A DNA stretch of 34,300 nucleotides, from assembly GCA_036795635.1 (NCBI GenBank), contig DAIREJ010000003.1, positions 1 to 34,300 on the forward strand. Reading direction: 5' to 3'. Made by a program: the position numbers and the translations under genes. Source of the DNA: Sodaliphilus sp. Its GTDB lineage: Bacteria; Bacteroidota; Bacteroidia; Bacteroidales; Muribaculaceae. Position 1 is the stretch's first letter, and each line of letters opens with the position of its first letter. Shown piece by piece: positions 16,137 to 25,460 of the stretch. The notes under the pieces were generated by a model. The model saw nothing but the letters and a program-made list of their open reading frames with translations, was not told the DNA's origin and did not search any database.

Positions 16137-18332
16137 ATGGCAAAAAGATATTTTATTTGGGTCGTCACACTGATCATGGCAATCACTGCTAATGGCACGG
16201 AAAACAGTGACGTGAAGCAGGCGATGGACCTGGCCACCCGCCTGTCACCCCAACTGGCCAACAAGGTGGAATTCAAAAAAATAGAGACTGACGATGGCAA
16301 GGATGTGTTTACCCTTGAGAGCAACGGCGACAAGGTTGTCATCGGCGGCAACAACGCCGGCTCGATGGCGGTTGGGCTGAATCGTTACCTGAACCGCTAC
16401 TGCAAAGTGACAGTGTCGTGGTATGCCGATGTAGCGGTGGAACTGCCCAATGCCCTACCCGATGTGCCTGTGACCGAACGGGTAACGGCACGCGTGCCGC
16501 AGCGCTTCTTCCTCAACTACTGCACCTGGGGCTACACGATGCCTTTCTGGCAGTGGCGTGACTGGGAACGCTTCATCGACTGGATGGCGTTAAACGGCGT
16601 GAACTTGCCGCTCGCCATCACAGGACAGGAAGCGGTGTGGTACAATGTGTGGACTAAACTGGGCATGAGCGACGGACAGGTGCGCACCTACTTCACCGGT
16701 CCCGCCTACCTGCCATGGCACCGCATGGTCAACATCGACGGCTGGTGCGGCCCGCTGCCCAAGGAATGGCTCGAAGGTCAGACCGCCTTGCAGCAACGCA
16801 TTGTGGAGCGCGAGCGCGCGTTGAACATGCGCCCCGTGCTACCCGCCTTTGCTGGACATGTCCCTGGCGCCCTGCGAGACCTTTACCCTAATGCCGACAT
16901 TCAGGCCCTGGGTGGCTGGGCAGGCTTTGACGAACAATACCGCACCTATTTCCTCAACAGCGAGGATCCGCTATTCAGCCGCATTCAGCGCATGTTCCTT
17001 GAGGAGCAAACACGCCTGTTCGGCACCGACCACATCTATGGCATCGACCCTTTCAACGAGGTGGACCCGCCCAGTTTTGAACCTAACTACCTCAACAAGG
17101 TCACCAAACACATCTATGAAAGCCTCACCACGGCGGACCCCGAGGCCGAGTGGCTGCAGATGGCGTGGTTCCTCTATTACCAACGCAAGGACTACACCAA
17201 GGAGCGCACCCGTGCCATGCTCACCGGCGTCCCATTGGGCAAGATGACGATGCTCGACTACTACTGCGAGTACAAGGAGATGTGGCGCGAACACGAGGGC
17301 TTCTACGGCCAGCCGTTCATCTGGTGCTACCTGGGCAACTTCGGCGGCAACACTAACGTGCAAGGCCGCGTCAAGGAGGCGGGAGAGCGCATTGAGAAGA
17401 CACTGGCCGAGTGCGGCGAGAGCCTCGTGGGCATCGGCTCGACACTCGAGGGCCTCGATGTGCAGCAATTCCCTTATGAATACATCCTCGAAAAGGCGTG
17501 GGACTTCGCCAAGACCGATGAACAGGTCATCAACGAACTCGCCGACCGCCATGCGGGCAACGAAAACAAACACGCCCGCGAAGCTTGGCAAATCCTCTAT
17601 GACAAGGTGCTCGACATCACCCCCGGCAACTTCGCCGCTCCGCTGCCTTGCTCCTATCCCGTCATGGGCAAGGAGAACCGCACGGTCAAATACAACCCTA
17701 GCGAACTGCTTGCCGTGTGGGATGCTCTGATGGAGCAGGACCGCGTCACTACCGACGCCATGACCATTGACCTCATCTGGGTGGGGCGCCAACTGCTGGG
17801 CGACCTCTTCATGACCGAGAAGCAGGCGTTTGACCAAGCCTTCCAACAGAAGGACAAGACCGCCTTCTTCGCCCACAGCGACATGTTGTTTGAACTCCTG
17901 TTCGATCTGGACCACCTCAACAATCATCATCCCCACGCCACACTCACACAATGGTTGCAGCAGGCGCGCGACCTGGGCTCTACCGACAAAGTCAAGGACT
18001 ACTACGAAATGAATGCCCGGCGCCTTATCACCACCTGGGGTGGCAGCCTCAACGACTATGCCTGCCGCAACTGGAGCGGACTGATGTTGGATTATTACAC
18101 CAAGCGTTGGGAAAACTATATCCGCGAAGTTACCGTGGGGGTCTTCTCGGGCAAGGATTTCGACGAGGCTGCCTATCGTGCCGCCACCGACAAGTTCCAG
18201 GAAAAATGGGTCACATCGACCGAAGAAATCAATATCGAGGACGACGGGAAAGACATCCTGACCCTCTGCCGTGAACTGCGCGAGAAATACCGCACTCAAC
18301 TTGACAATTGGGCGAACGGAACAAAACACTGA
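16137..18332 (+). CDS. Alpha-N-acetylglucosaminidase (GH89)
   Basis: Signal peptide from ATG 16137; LNYCTWGY, IDWMALNGVN, GPAYLPWHRM, DPFNE and TLEG (catalytic Glu pair), NFGG, LNDYA motifs. Confidence 0.95.
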   Translation: MAKRYFIWVVTLIMAITANGTENSDVKQAMDLATRLSPQLANKVEFKKIETDDGKDVFTLESNGDKVVIGGNNAGSMAVGLNRYLNRYCKVTVSWYADVAVELPNALPDVPVTERVTARVPQRFFLNYCTWGYTMPFWQWRDWERFIDWMALNGVNLPLAITGQEAVWYNVWTKLGMSDGQVRTYFTGPAYLPWHRMVNIDGWCGPLPKEWLEGQTALQQRIVERERALNMRPVLPAFAGHVPGALRDLYPNADIQALGGWAGFDEQYRTYFLNSEDPLFSRIQRMFLEEQTRLFGTDHIYGIDPFNEVDPPSFEPNYLNKVTKHIYESLTTADPEAEWLQMAWFLYYQRKDYTKERTRAMLTGVPLGKMTMLDYYCEYKEMWREHEGFYGQPFIWCYLGNFGGNTNVQGRVKEAGERIEKTLAECGESLVGIGSTLEGLDVQQFPYEYILEKAWDFAKTDEQVINELADRHAGNENKHAREAWQILYDKVLDITPGNFAAPLPCSYPVMGKENRTVKYNPSELLAVWDALMEQDRVTTDAMTIDLIWVGRQLLGDLFMTEKQAFDQAFQQKDKTAFFAHSDMLFELLFDLDHLNNHHPHATLTQWLQQARDLGSTDKVKDYYEMNARRLITTWGGSLNDYACRNWSGLMLDYYTKRWENYIREVTVGVFSGKDFDEAAYRAATDKFQEKWVTSTEEINIEDDGKDILTLCRELREKYRTQLDNWANGTKH

Positions 18333-18479
18333 TTATAAAAACTTAGCACCTTAGCGTGAGGCTCAATAACGCGAATGCCTAGAAAAGAAGAGTAGTTCAT
18401 GTTGTTCCACGTTGGCAAAGTGGTTTGATATGCCCAAGCGCGGATGCCAACCAGAGACTAGAAACTAAAAACTTTTCAC

Positions 18480-18487
18480 TATCTTTG
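18480..18487 (+). promoter_or_regulatory. -7 promoter element, leaderless-like
   Basis: TATCTTTG(CA) ending 5 nt before the ATG at 18493. Confidence 0.7.
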
Positions 18488-18492
18488 CAGGC

Positions 18493-19074
18493 ATGAAACA
18501 GGAAATCAGAGGCAATGTTTGTGTATTTTGCGCTTCCAGCGCCAACATCAACGAGCGCTATCTAGACGCGGCACGTGAGTTGGGTGGTCTGTTGGCACAA
18601 AGCGGCTGGCGCTGCGTTAACGGCGGCGGCGCCGTGGGACTGATGGGTGCAATAACCGACGGCACACTTGATGCAGGCGGCGAAGTGACGGGAGTCATCC
18701 CCAAGTTCATGGTGGACAACGGGTGGTGCTATGACCGCCTGGAGGATGTCATCATCACTGCCGACATGCACCAACGCAAGCACATGATGAGCGAGATGGC
18801 CGATGCCGTCATCGCCCTGCCCGGTGGTGTGGGCACCTTTGAAGAACTGCTTGAGACACTCACATGGCGCCAACTGGGGTTGGTCAAGGTGCCTGTTATC
18901 ATCCTGAACACGCTGGGCTATTACGATAACCTGCTGATGATGCTCAACCATGCCATCGCCGAGGGATTCATGAAGGCTAGTCATGCCTCGCTGTGGCAGG
19001 TCGCCAAAACCCCCGTCGAGGCTATCGCCCTGCTCGAGAACAACCAGCCTGTGGAGTTTGAGTCAAAATACTAA
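18493..19074 (+). CDS. LOG family nucleotide phosphoribohydrolase (TIGR00730 type)
   Basis: VCVFCAS, GGG..GLMG, MHQRK and PGGVGTFEE motifs. Confidence 0.93.
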   Translation: MKQEIRGNVCVFCASSANINERYLDAARELGGLLAQSGWRCVNGGGAVGLMGAITDGTLDAGGEVTGVIPKFMVDNGWCYDRLEDVIITADMHQRKHMMSEMADAVIALPGGVGTFEELLETLTWRQLGLVKVPVIILNTLGYYDNLLMMLNHAIAEGFMKASHASLWQVAKTPVEAIALLENNQPVEFESKY

Positions 19075-19079
19075 CCACC

Positions 19080-19964
19080 ATGCCGGTCCACACTCATCCA
19101 TCCGATACTGCTCAGCATGTAGAGACACAACATCCTGCGTCTCAGCAAGCCGACACGGTGCCGAAGCCGCATGCCGCGCAATACCTCGACGGTTTCCCGA
19201 CGAGCGAGCCCGGCGACTCTGTGTTGGAGAGCATCGACACGCTGGCGGTGATGGAGGTGCCTGTAGCCGGTACGGCACAACCCTTCGCCCGTTCGCCCTT
19301 GCACGACACGCCCTCGATGGCGCTGCTCATCACGGGGCTATTGGCCGTCGCCTTGAGTTACCACACGGGATACAAATACATCGGTAACCTCATGCACTAT
19401 ATGTTCTCGACACGGCGCCGCGGCAATCTGTTCGAGGACCACACCCTGCACGAGACTACCATGCTGACCGCCCTCATGGCCAATACCTGCATCGTCGAGG
19501 GCTTCTTCATCTATGCGGCAATACAACACTTCTATCCGTCGCTGGAGTCCGCATTGAGAGGCAACACTTTCCTGCACATTGCATTGTTCACGGCATTAGC
19601 CGTTGGATTCACTTTTGTGCAATGGCTGGTCTTCAAGGTGCTGGGGTACACCTTCACCGACAAGGTGGGGGCCCGCTTGTGGGTGGAGGGCTTCAAGGCG
19701 ACACAATCGCTGGTGGGTTTGTTGCTGTTACCCGTGCTAGTTTTACTCCTGCTCTATCCTGCTCATGCAAAATTACTGTTAACCATAGCGGCTCTACTGT
19801 ATTTAATAGTCCGAATGATATTTATTGTTAAAGGCTTTCGTATTTTTTATAGCAATTTGCCATCCATTGTCTATTTTTTGTTGTACCTTTGCGCCGTCGA
19901 AATCGTACCCTTAGTCGTCATGACAGGGCTAACGGTTTGGTTATGTGGAACTTTAAGTTTATAA
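19080..19964 (+). CDS. DUF4271 family membrane protein
   Basis: Multi-TM protein with C-terminal FLLYLCAVEIVP; usual Bacteroidales position upstream of the hemD-like gene; exact start uncertain. Confidence 0.8.
   Translation: MPVHTHPSDTAQHVETQHPASQQADTVPKPHAAQYLDGFPTSEPGDSVLESIDTLAVMEVPVAGTAQPFARSPLHDTPSMALLITGLLAVALSYHTGYKYIGNLMHYMFSTRRRGNLFEDHTLHETTMLTALMANTCIVEGFFIYAAIQHFYPSLESALRGNTFLHIALFTALAVGFTFVQWLVFKVLGYTFTDKVGARLWVEGFKATQSLVGLLLLPVLVLLLLYPAHAKLLLTIAALLYLIVRMIFIVKGFRIFYSNLPSIVYFLLYLCAVEIVPLVVMTGLTVWLCGTLSL
19884..19891 (+). promoter_or_regulatory. Internal -7 promoter element for hemD-like gene
   Basis: TACCTTTG(C) in the AT-rich 3' end of the DUF4271 gene, about 85 nt upstream of the ATG at 19975. 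Confidence 0.6.
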
Positions 19965-19974
19965 AAGAACCTAA

Positions 19975-21075
19975 ATGAGCATAAAAAAGATCCTGGTCTC
20001 ACAACCAAGACCAACTTCTGAGAAGTCTCCATATTTCGAATTGGAGAAAAAATACGGTGTTGAAATAGTATTTAGGCCTTTCATCAAGGTGGAAGGACTC
20101 ACGTCCAAAGAATTCCGCCAGTCCAAGATTAATATTCCCGATTATTCGGCCATCATTTTGACAGCTCGTACTGCAATTGACCACTTCTTCCGCTTGTGCA
20201 AGGAATTGCGCTACAACGTCCCTGACACCTTGAAATATTTCTGCGTCAGCGAGACCGTGGCTCACTATCTGCAGAAGTACGTCATCTACCGCAAGCGCAA
20301 GATTTTCTACAGCGAGACCGGATTGATGGAAGACCTGATTCCCATCATCGCCAAGCACCACAAGGAAACCTACCTCATGCCCGTGAGCGACGTCCACAAC
20401 GACAAGGCCCTTGTGCTTGACAACAACAAGGTGAAGTATGTCAAGGCTATCATGTACCGTACGGTCAGCAACAATTTCACACCTGGCGAGGTGTTTGACT
20501 ATGACATGTCGGTGTTCTTCACACCTGCTGGCATCAAGTCCTACATCACTAACTTCCCCGATTACAAGGATCGCAACGTCGTTATCGCCGCTATGGGTCA
20601 AACAACCCTGGAGGCCGCTGCCGCTGCAGGACTGACGGTTGACGTGACCATCACTCCCGAAACTCCGTCCATGGCAAGCGCCATTGAGCACTACCTCAAG
20701 AAGGAGCGTGCCGAGGAGGAGAAAGCTGCCGCAAAAGCCGCACGCGAGGCTGCCAAGCGCGAGAAAGAGGCCAAGTTGGCAAAAGGCTCTAAGAAGCCTG
20801 CCGCTAAACCTGCCGCAAAGAAAGCCGCCACTAAGCCTGCCGCTAAACCTGCCGCTAAGAAGGCTAAAGCCACCAAGGTAGATGACGCTGCTGCAAAACG
20901 TTTGGCCGCCGCCAAGAAAGCCGCTGCCACTCGCAAAGCGAAAATTGAAGCCGAAAAGCTCGCTGCCGAAAAGCGGTCGGCTGCTGCCAAGAAAGCTGCT
21001 GCCACCCGCAAGGCGAAAGCCGAGGCTGCCGCAAAGGGCAAAGCCAAGGCAAAGACCGCTGTCAAAAAGAAATAA
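19975..21075 (+). CDS. hemD: Uroporphyrinogen-III synthase (HemD)-like protein with histone-H1-like C-terminal tail
   Basis: Residues 1-~241 match the Bacteroidales HemD-like family (IKKILVSQP.P..EKSPY, FRPFIKVEG, YLQKY..YRKRK, MYRTVS); residues ~242-366 are Lys/Ala/Pro repeats. Confidence 0.85.
   Translation: MSIKKILVSQPRPTSEKSPYFELEKKYGVEIVFRPFIKVEGLTSKEFRQSKINIPDYSAIILTARTAIDHFFRLCKELRYNVPDTLKYFCVSETVAHYLQKYVIYRKRKIFYSETGLMEDLIPIIAKHHKETYLMPVSDVHNDKALVLDNNKVKYVKAIMYRTVSNNFTPGEVFDYDMSVFFTPAGIKSYITNFPDYKDRNVVIAAMGQTTLEAAAAAGLTVDVTITPETPSMASAIEHYLKKERAEEEKAAAKAAREAAKREKEAKLAKGSKKPAAKPAAKKAATKPAAKPAAKKAKATKVDDAAAKRLAAAKKAAATRKAKIEAEKLAAEKRSAAAKKAAATRKAKAEAAAKGKAKAKTAVKKK
20794..20855 (+). repeat. 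Coding direct repeat in basic tail
   Basis: AAGCCTGCCGCTAAACCTGCCGC exact at 20794-20816 and 20833-20855 (KPAAKPAA twice). Confidence 0.85.
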
Positions 21076-21098
21076 AAACTGATTAATCAGGTATTTTA

Positions 21099-21132
21099 TG
21101 GGGCATGGCTCACAGCTATGTCCCAATTTTTT
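21099..21132 (+). terminator. Intrinsic terminator after hemD-like gene
   Basis: TGGGGCATGGCT-cac-AGCTATGTCCCA stem (2 G-U pairs) followed by ATTTTTT. Confidence 0.75.
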
Positions 21133-21149
21133 GTAATTTCGCATCCTGA

Positions 21150-21557
21150 ATGGACTACAAGCTAAATAAAAGCGAGAAACTGAGAAGTCGCACAGCTGTC
21201 GAGCAACTCTTCGAGGAGGGCAAGTCACTCATGGCTTTCCCCTTGCGTGCGGTTTATCGCCTGCGTCCACGTGGCGAAGCGCCTGTCCAGTTCCTTATCA
21301 CCATCCCCAAGAAGCGCGTCCGCAAGGCGGTCATGCGCGTCACCTTGCGCCGCCGCACCCGCGAAGCCTATCGCCTCAGCCGCCATGAGTTGCTGGCACC
21401 GCTCCAACAACTGGGCATCGGTGTGGATATCGCCTTTGTTTACCTTGACAGCAATCCCGCCCCCTACGGCGCCATCAGCGAGAAAGTGATCGCATTGCTC
21501 ACGCGCATTGCCCAAGCCGCCGTCGAGAATTCCTCATCACCCCAAGAAAAAGCATGA
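21150..21557 (+). CDS. rnpA: Ribonuclease P protein component
   Basis: L.KSEKLRS...[24 protein letters not shown] (RNR-motif variant); followed by yidD. Confidence 0.9.
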   Translation: MDYKLNKSEKLRSRTAVEQLFEEGKSLMAFPLRAVYRLRPRGEAPVQFLITIPKKRVRKAVMRVTLRRRTREAYRLSRHELLAPLQQLGIGVDIAFVYLDSNPAPYGAISEKVIALLTRIAQAAVENSSSPQEKA

Positions 21558-21817
21558 AAAAGATTACAGATTATATCAAACGAGGTTGGCAGGCTTTCAT
21601 TCACTTGATTGAATGGCTGCTCATCCTGCCCATCAGCTTCTACCGGAAATACATCTCACCGCTCAAGCCCCCCACCTGCCGCTTCACACCCACGTGCAGC
21701 CAGTATGCCATCGAAGCCATCCGCAAACACGGTCCCATCAAGGGGGTGGCGCTTGCCGTGTGGCGCATCCTGCGATGCAACCCTTGGGGCGGCAGTGGCT
21801 ATGATCCCGTACCATGA
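21554..21817 (+). CDS. yidD: Membrane protein insertion efficiency factor
   Basis: [18 protein letters not shown] and [17 protein letters not shown] motifs. Confidence 0.95.
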   Translation: MKKITDYIKRGWQAFIHLIEWLLILPISFYRKYISPLKPPTCRFTPTCSQYAIEAIRKHGPIKGVALAVWRILRCNPWGGSGYDPVP

Positions 21818-22455
21818 TGAATATCATCGATTTCCATACCCACCGTCTAGACGCCACCCATGCGCTCATCTCGGTCAGTCCCAAGGAATTCTCCCCTCAA
21901 CCCGGGCAATACTATTCGGTGGGCTATCATCCTTGGCTACCGCTGGAAACACTCAGCGAGGACGACTTCGCCTTGCTAGAGCAGTGTGCCCGCCATCCCC
22001 AAGTGCTGGCCGTTGGCGAGACAGGCCTGGACAGCTTGCGAGGCAGCGACCTCAAGCTGCAAGAGACCGTGTTCACTCGTCATCTCAGACTTGCGGCACA
22101 GCTGCACAAGCCCGTGGTGGTGCATTGCGTGAGAACAGCACAACAGATTGTAGCGATTCGGCGCCGCGAGCGACTCACGGCAGTGCCCTTGGCCATTCAC
22201 GGCATGCGCGGCAACGAACATGTGGCACGCGCATGGCTGGAGGAGGGTTGCTACCTATCCTATGGCGCCCGCTTCAACCCTGCGGCCGTTGAGACAACAC
22301 CAGGTGACCGGTTGCTCATCGAGACCGATGAAGCCCATCAGACCATTCAAGAAGTCGCCGCAATGATTGCCGACGTGCTGAACTGCAGCGCCGACGAAGT
22401 CATGGCGCTGACCGCAGCCAACGCCCGCCGCCTGCTCACATCGCAGGACAAATAG
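21814..22455 (+). CDS. TatD family hydrolase
   Basis: DFHTH, GYHPW, GETGLD, HCVR, HG and ETD motifs. Confidence 0.92.
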   Translation: MMNIIDFHTHRLDATHALISVSPKEFSPQPGQYYSVGYHPWLPLETLSEDDFALLEQCARHPQVLAVGETGLDSLRGSDLKLQETVFTRHLRLAAQLHKPVVVHCVRTAQQIVAIRRRERLTAVPLAIHGMRGNEHVARAWLEEGCYLSYGARFNPAAVETTPGDRLLIETDEAHQTIQEVAAMIADVLNCSADEVMALTAANARRLLTSQDK

Positions 22456-22462
22456 GTGATAA

Positions 22463-22879
22463 TCAATAAGATTTTTTAAGTTGATAGGTGTAGTTCACAC
22501 CCGTGGCGTCCACCTTGGAGAAGGTGGCCTCTTTAGATGTGACATCGCTCATCGCGAAAGCATTGTGCGACTCCAAGCCTGGCATCTGGATGTAGAAAAC
22601 GTCAGGATCGGGAAAATCGATGGTCATCGTGCTGCCCTGCTCTTCCCAGGTGCCGAAACTCTCAACCAGTTGCTCGTGCCCATACACTTGCGACACCCTG
22701 AACACGGTGCTCTGGAACTGGAAGAAGTAGTCGCCCGTGAGATTGACGCGCGTGCCGTCGGCAGTGACTGACTCGACGTGCCACGTGCCGAACCAGATGC
22801 CGATGTCGCCGTGGTTACGCGTGCAGGCCGACAAAACGAACAAGCCCAGGAGACACAATATCAATAATGCCTTTTTCAT
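22463..22879 (-). CDS. Lipocalin-like lipoprotein
   Basis: Lipobox LSAC; NHGDIG.WFGTW (GxW) motif; all-beta pattern. Confidence 0.7.
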   Translation of the reverse strand: MKKALLILCLLGLFVLSACTRNHGDIGIWFGTWHVESVTADGTRVNLTGDYFFQFQSTVFRVSQVYGHEQLVESFGTWEEQGSTMTIDFPDPDVFYIQMPGLESHNAFAMSDVTSKEATFSKVDATGVNYTYQLKKSY

Positions 22880-24498
22880 CGTTTCTTGAAATTAAAACTG
22901 CCGTTATAAGTAATGCCCAACATCGCGCCCCAGTTGTTACCGTAGAGCGTGCCGTGATCCATCGCTGCCTGAGCCTGGAAGGTCCATCCCTTACGAGTAT
23001 GATAATTGGCCTCAAGCATCATCGAGAAATCGTCGGCACTGTTCGCACGAGGCATGAACGGGGTGCCCCAAGTCTTGCGATAAGAGCCCATCAAGCGGTA
23101 GGACCAATTGTAGTTAAACCAGCCGCTGACGGCGGCATGGAATCCGCGCATCACGTTGTCACGGTAGCGCATGTAGCCGTCCAGATTGTATAACGGCGAC
23201 TTGACAAACGGTGAGCCGATGGACATGCCACGACTCTGATAGCCGTTGTAAATGTAGTTGTTGTAATAGTCATCGGCACCCGACGAGTGGCCGGTGATGG
23301 GAGTGCCGGGACGGTCGTTAGGCGTCCAGTGGATGGGACCACTCTGATTGGTGAAGTCGATATACTCGATGACAGCGCCTGAAATCAACGGCAGCCCGTG
23401 ATCAACACGGTATTCAATGCCCCACAGACCGTCAAAGCCGTTCATCTTGCCGATGCCCGAGCCGTCCTCCCACAGCCACTGAGTATAAGCGCGCAGGGTG
23501 CGGTAATAAGACAATTTGTAATCCAGCGCGATGTCCCAAGTGCCCAGATGATTGCCCTCGACAAACGAGTCGCCTGCACTCTTGCCGCCACTGCCGGCGA
23601 TGAAGGTGCGGAAGAAGGCCTTGGCGTCAGCATCCATCTTCACAGTGCGCGTCACCTGGCCGTCCTCATAGTAGTTGGCCGTTCCGCCGAACTGACATGC
23701 CGATTGGGCACCGATGGTGAACACGACTGGCTGGTCGGGCTTGGTGCGGAAGTGCAGGCTCTTGTAATGCAGCCACCGGTCCGTGGTGATGAAATGGTTA
23801 TAGTAATTGTAGTGGTTCTCGAGCCACTTGTCATCAAACTCGCGGAAGTAGCCGAACTCGCCCGTCAACTGCACCCACCCCTTGGTGAACGGGATGTTCT
23901 GGAAGTCGATGAAACCGGCGCGGAAACCCACGGGCGGACGGGCGTTGCCACTCCACACAAGATCACCGCTGCTCAACCCGCTGGTGACGATGGGCGATGC
24001 TTTGTATTTCTGTCCCACCATGGCAAAAATGCTGCGATATTTTGCCTCGACATAGGCCTGCTGGAGCCACACCCGTGCGGGATGTTGCTCTTGAATCTCA
24101 AACTGGCCGTTGCCTTTATAACGCTCATATCCCGCACTTGACGCATAACCGCCCCATGCCTCAATGCCAGCACCCCATGAAAATCGTTCCCAAGTGTACA
24201 TATTGTGCTCTAGCGAAGCATGGGCAAGGACCGAGAATTGCTGGGTAAGGACACCACCGCAGTTTGAACCGATGTAGTAGGGTGCCAGCTCAGTATTGCC
24301 TGCATTCGCCATAAGACCGACGGTATAGACATTGGCCGGCGGAAGGCAAAAGCATCCGACGCACAGTTCCGTTTCCATCGTGTCGTCCGGGAAGTCAAAA
24401 ACGGTCAATGTTGAGTCTTTCGTTTCCATTGCCGACACCGTCATGGCACAACACAATGCGACAGCAAGGATGATTGTTGATAAAGTGTTTCTTATCAT
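22876..24498 (-). CDS. Capsule assembly Wzi-family outer-membrane protein
   Basis: Signal peptide; SSGDL..SGNARP, LHYKSLHF, GNHLGTWD, DGLWG and GADDYYNN..Y motifs of Bacteroidales Wzi-like barrels. Confidence 0.8.
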   Translation of the reverse strand: MIRNTLSTIILAVALCCAMTVSAMETKDSTLTVFDFPDDTMETELCVGCFCLPPANVYTVGLMANAGNTELAPYYIGSNCGGVLTQQFSVLAHASLEHNMYTWERFSWGAGIEAWGGYASSAGYERYKGNGQFEIQEQHPARVWLQQAYVEAKYRSIFAMVGQKYKASPIVTSGLSSGDLVWSGNARPPVGFRAGFIDFQNIPFTKGWVQLTGEFGYFREFDDKWLENHYNYYNHFITTDRWLHYKSLHFRTKPDQPVVFTIGAQSACQFGGTANYYEDGQVTRTVKMDADAKAFFRTFIAGSGGKSAGDSFVEGNHLGTWDIALDYKLSYYRTLRAYTQWLWEDGSGIGKMNGFDGLWGIEYRVDHGLPLISGAVIEYIDFTNQSGPIHWTPNDRPGTPITGHSSGADDYYNNYIYNGYQSRGMSIGSPFVKSPLYNLDGYMRYRDNVMRGFHAAVSGWFNYNWSYRLMGSYRKTWGTPFMPRANSADDFSMMLEANYHTRKGWTFQAQAAMDHGTLYGNNWGAMLGITYNGSFNFKKR

Positions 24499-24512
24499 GA
24501 TGGGGACGGGTA

Positions 24513-25451
24513 TTATCGTTCGATGTTAGCCAGATAGGAGTCGATGTGACGGCGCTTCTTCTCGTCGGCAATCTCATCCAGGTTGATGAGGATGCCTGTC
24601 TCCTCCACGTCACCGAACTCGCGATTGATGGCGGTGCCCAGCAGCAGCATCTTGGGCGACAGACCCATATAGGCATTGACCAACGGCGGAATGTTGATGC
24701 CATGCTGGCGGATGAAGGCATTCACACGCTTGTAATCCTCGCGGAAATCATTGCCCACGAAGTGCGCCATCAGCTCGGGGTCATCGTTGCGCGTGTCGGG
24801 CAGCGGGTCGATAGGCACCACCAGCCCCTCTTTGTCCTCGAAGTAGAGGTTGAGGAAGCACAGCAGCATGTCGCGGCAATCGCGCACATAGCTGGGATAC
24901 ATCGTCATCTTGCCGAACATGTACTTGACCTCGGGATAGACAATAGTCAAAGCACCGAGCCCGTCCCACAAGTTATCGAGTGCGAACAAAGCCCTTGCCC
25001 CCTCGCGCGTGGACTGATACTCAGGACGCACAAACGAACGTCCCAGTTCAATGGTCACAGGCAGTATCTCGTTCAAAAAGCGGTCGCTGAACTTGAACAG
25101 ATGACCCGTGGCGATGCGCGGCACCCCGTTCTCGACCTTCACGTCCCAGCCACAGATGAAGCGGTAAGCGCCGATGATTTCCTTTTTCTCGGGGTTCCAC
25201 ACGAGCAACTGCTGGCAAGGTGGATCCATTAGGTCAAATTCGTCAATGTCACAGGCCTTGCCCGTGCCACCACCAGCAGCACGGAAAGTAATCTCGCGCA
25301 GACGCCCGATTTCGCGCATGGTGTTGGGCGCATTGTGAGCAGAGATGACAAAGATGTCATTATCTGCTTTGTTGGTATGGCGCAACAGGCGCTCTGGGGT
25401 GAGTTCCTGCTCAATGAGTTCGACAGGGATAGGATCGATGATAGGTTCCAT
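24513..25451 (-). CDS. GNAT (Acetyltransf_5) N-acyl amino acid synthase, GlsB/ChoA-like
   Basis: MREIGRLREITFRAAGGGTG..DIDEFD, ELGRSFV, LDNLWDGLG, NIPPLVNAY and FGDVEETGI motifs; adjacent to a PlsC-type acyltransferase. Confidence 0.85.
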   Translation of the reverse strand: MEPIIDPIPVELIEQELTPERLLRHTNKADNDIFVISAHNAPNTMREIGRLREITFRAAGGGTGKACDIDEFDLMDPPCQQLLVWNPEKKEIIGAYRFICGWDVKVENGVPRIATGHLFKFSDRFLNEILPVTIELGRSFVRPEYQSTREGARALFALDNLWDGLGALTIVYPEVKYMFGKMTMYPSYVRDCRDMLLCFLNLYFEDKEGLVVPIDPLPDTRNDDPELMAHFVGNDFREDYKRVNAFIRQHGINIPPLVNAYMGLSPKMLLLGTAINREFGDVEETGILINLDEIADEKKRRHIDSYLANIER

Positions 25452-25460
25452 AGGCTATCT

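Noticed and set aside
18333..18479. Possible structured RNA in the GH89-LOG spacer (GTTGGCA...TGCCAAC stem)
   Set aside because: Only a 7-bp outer stem with an imperfect interior, no U tract and no recognisable riboswitch or ncRNA motif; an Rfam or covariation search would be needed.
21079..21090. 12-bp perfect palindrome CTGATTAATCAG after the hemD-like stop
   Set aside because: Single AT-rich instance; a few such palindromes are expected by chance in 34 kb.
19999..21228. 409-aa antisense ORF over the hemD-like gene
   Set aside because: Its G/F/S/L-rich sequence is the reverse complement of Lys/Ala codons; no independent evidence of coding.
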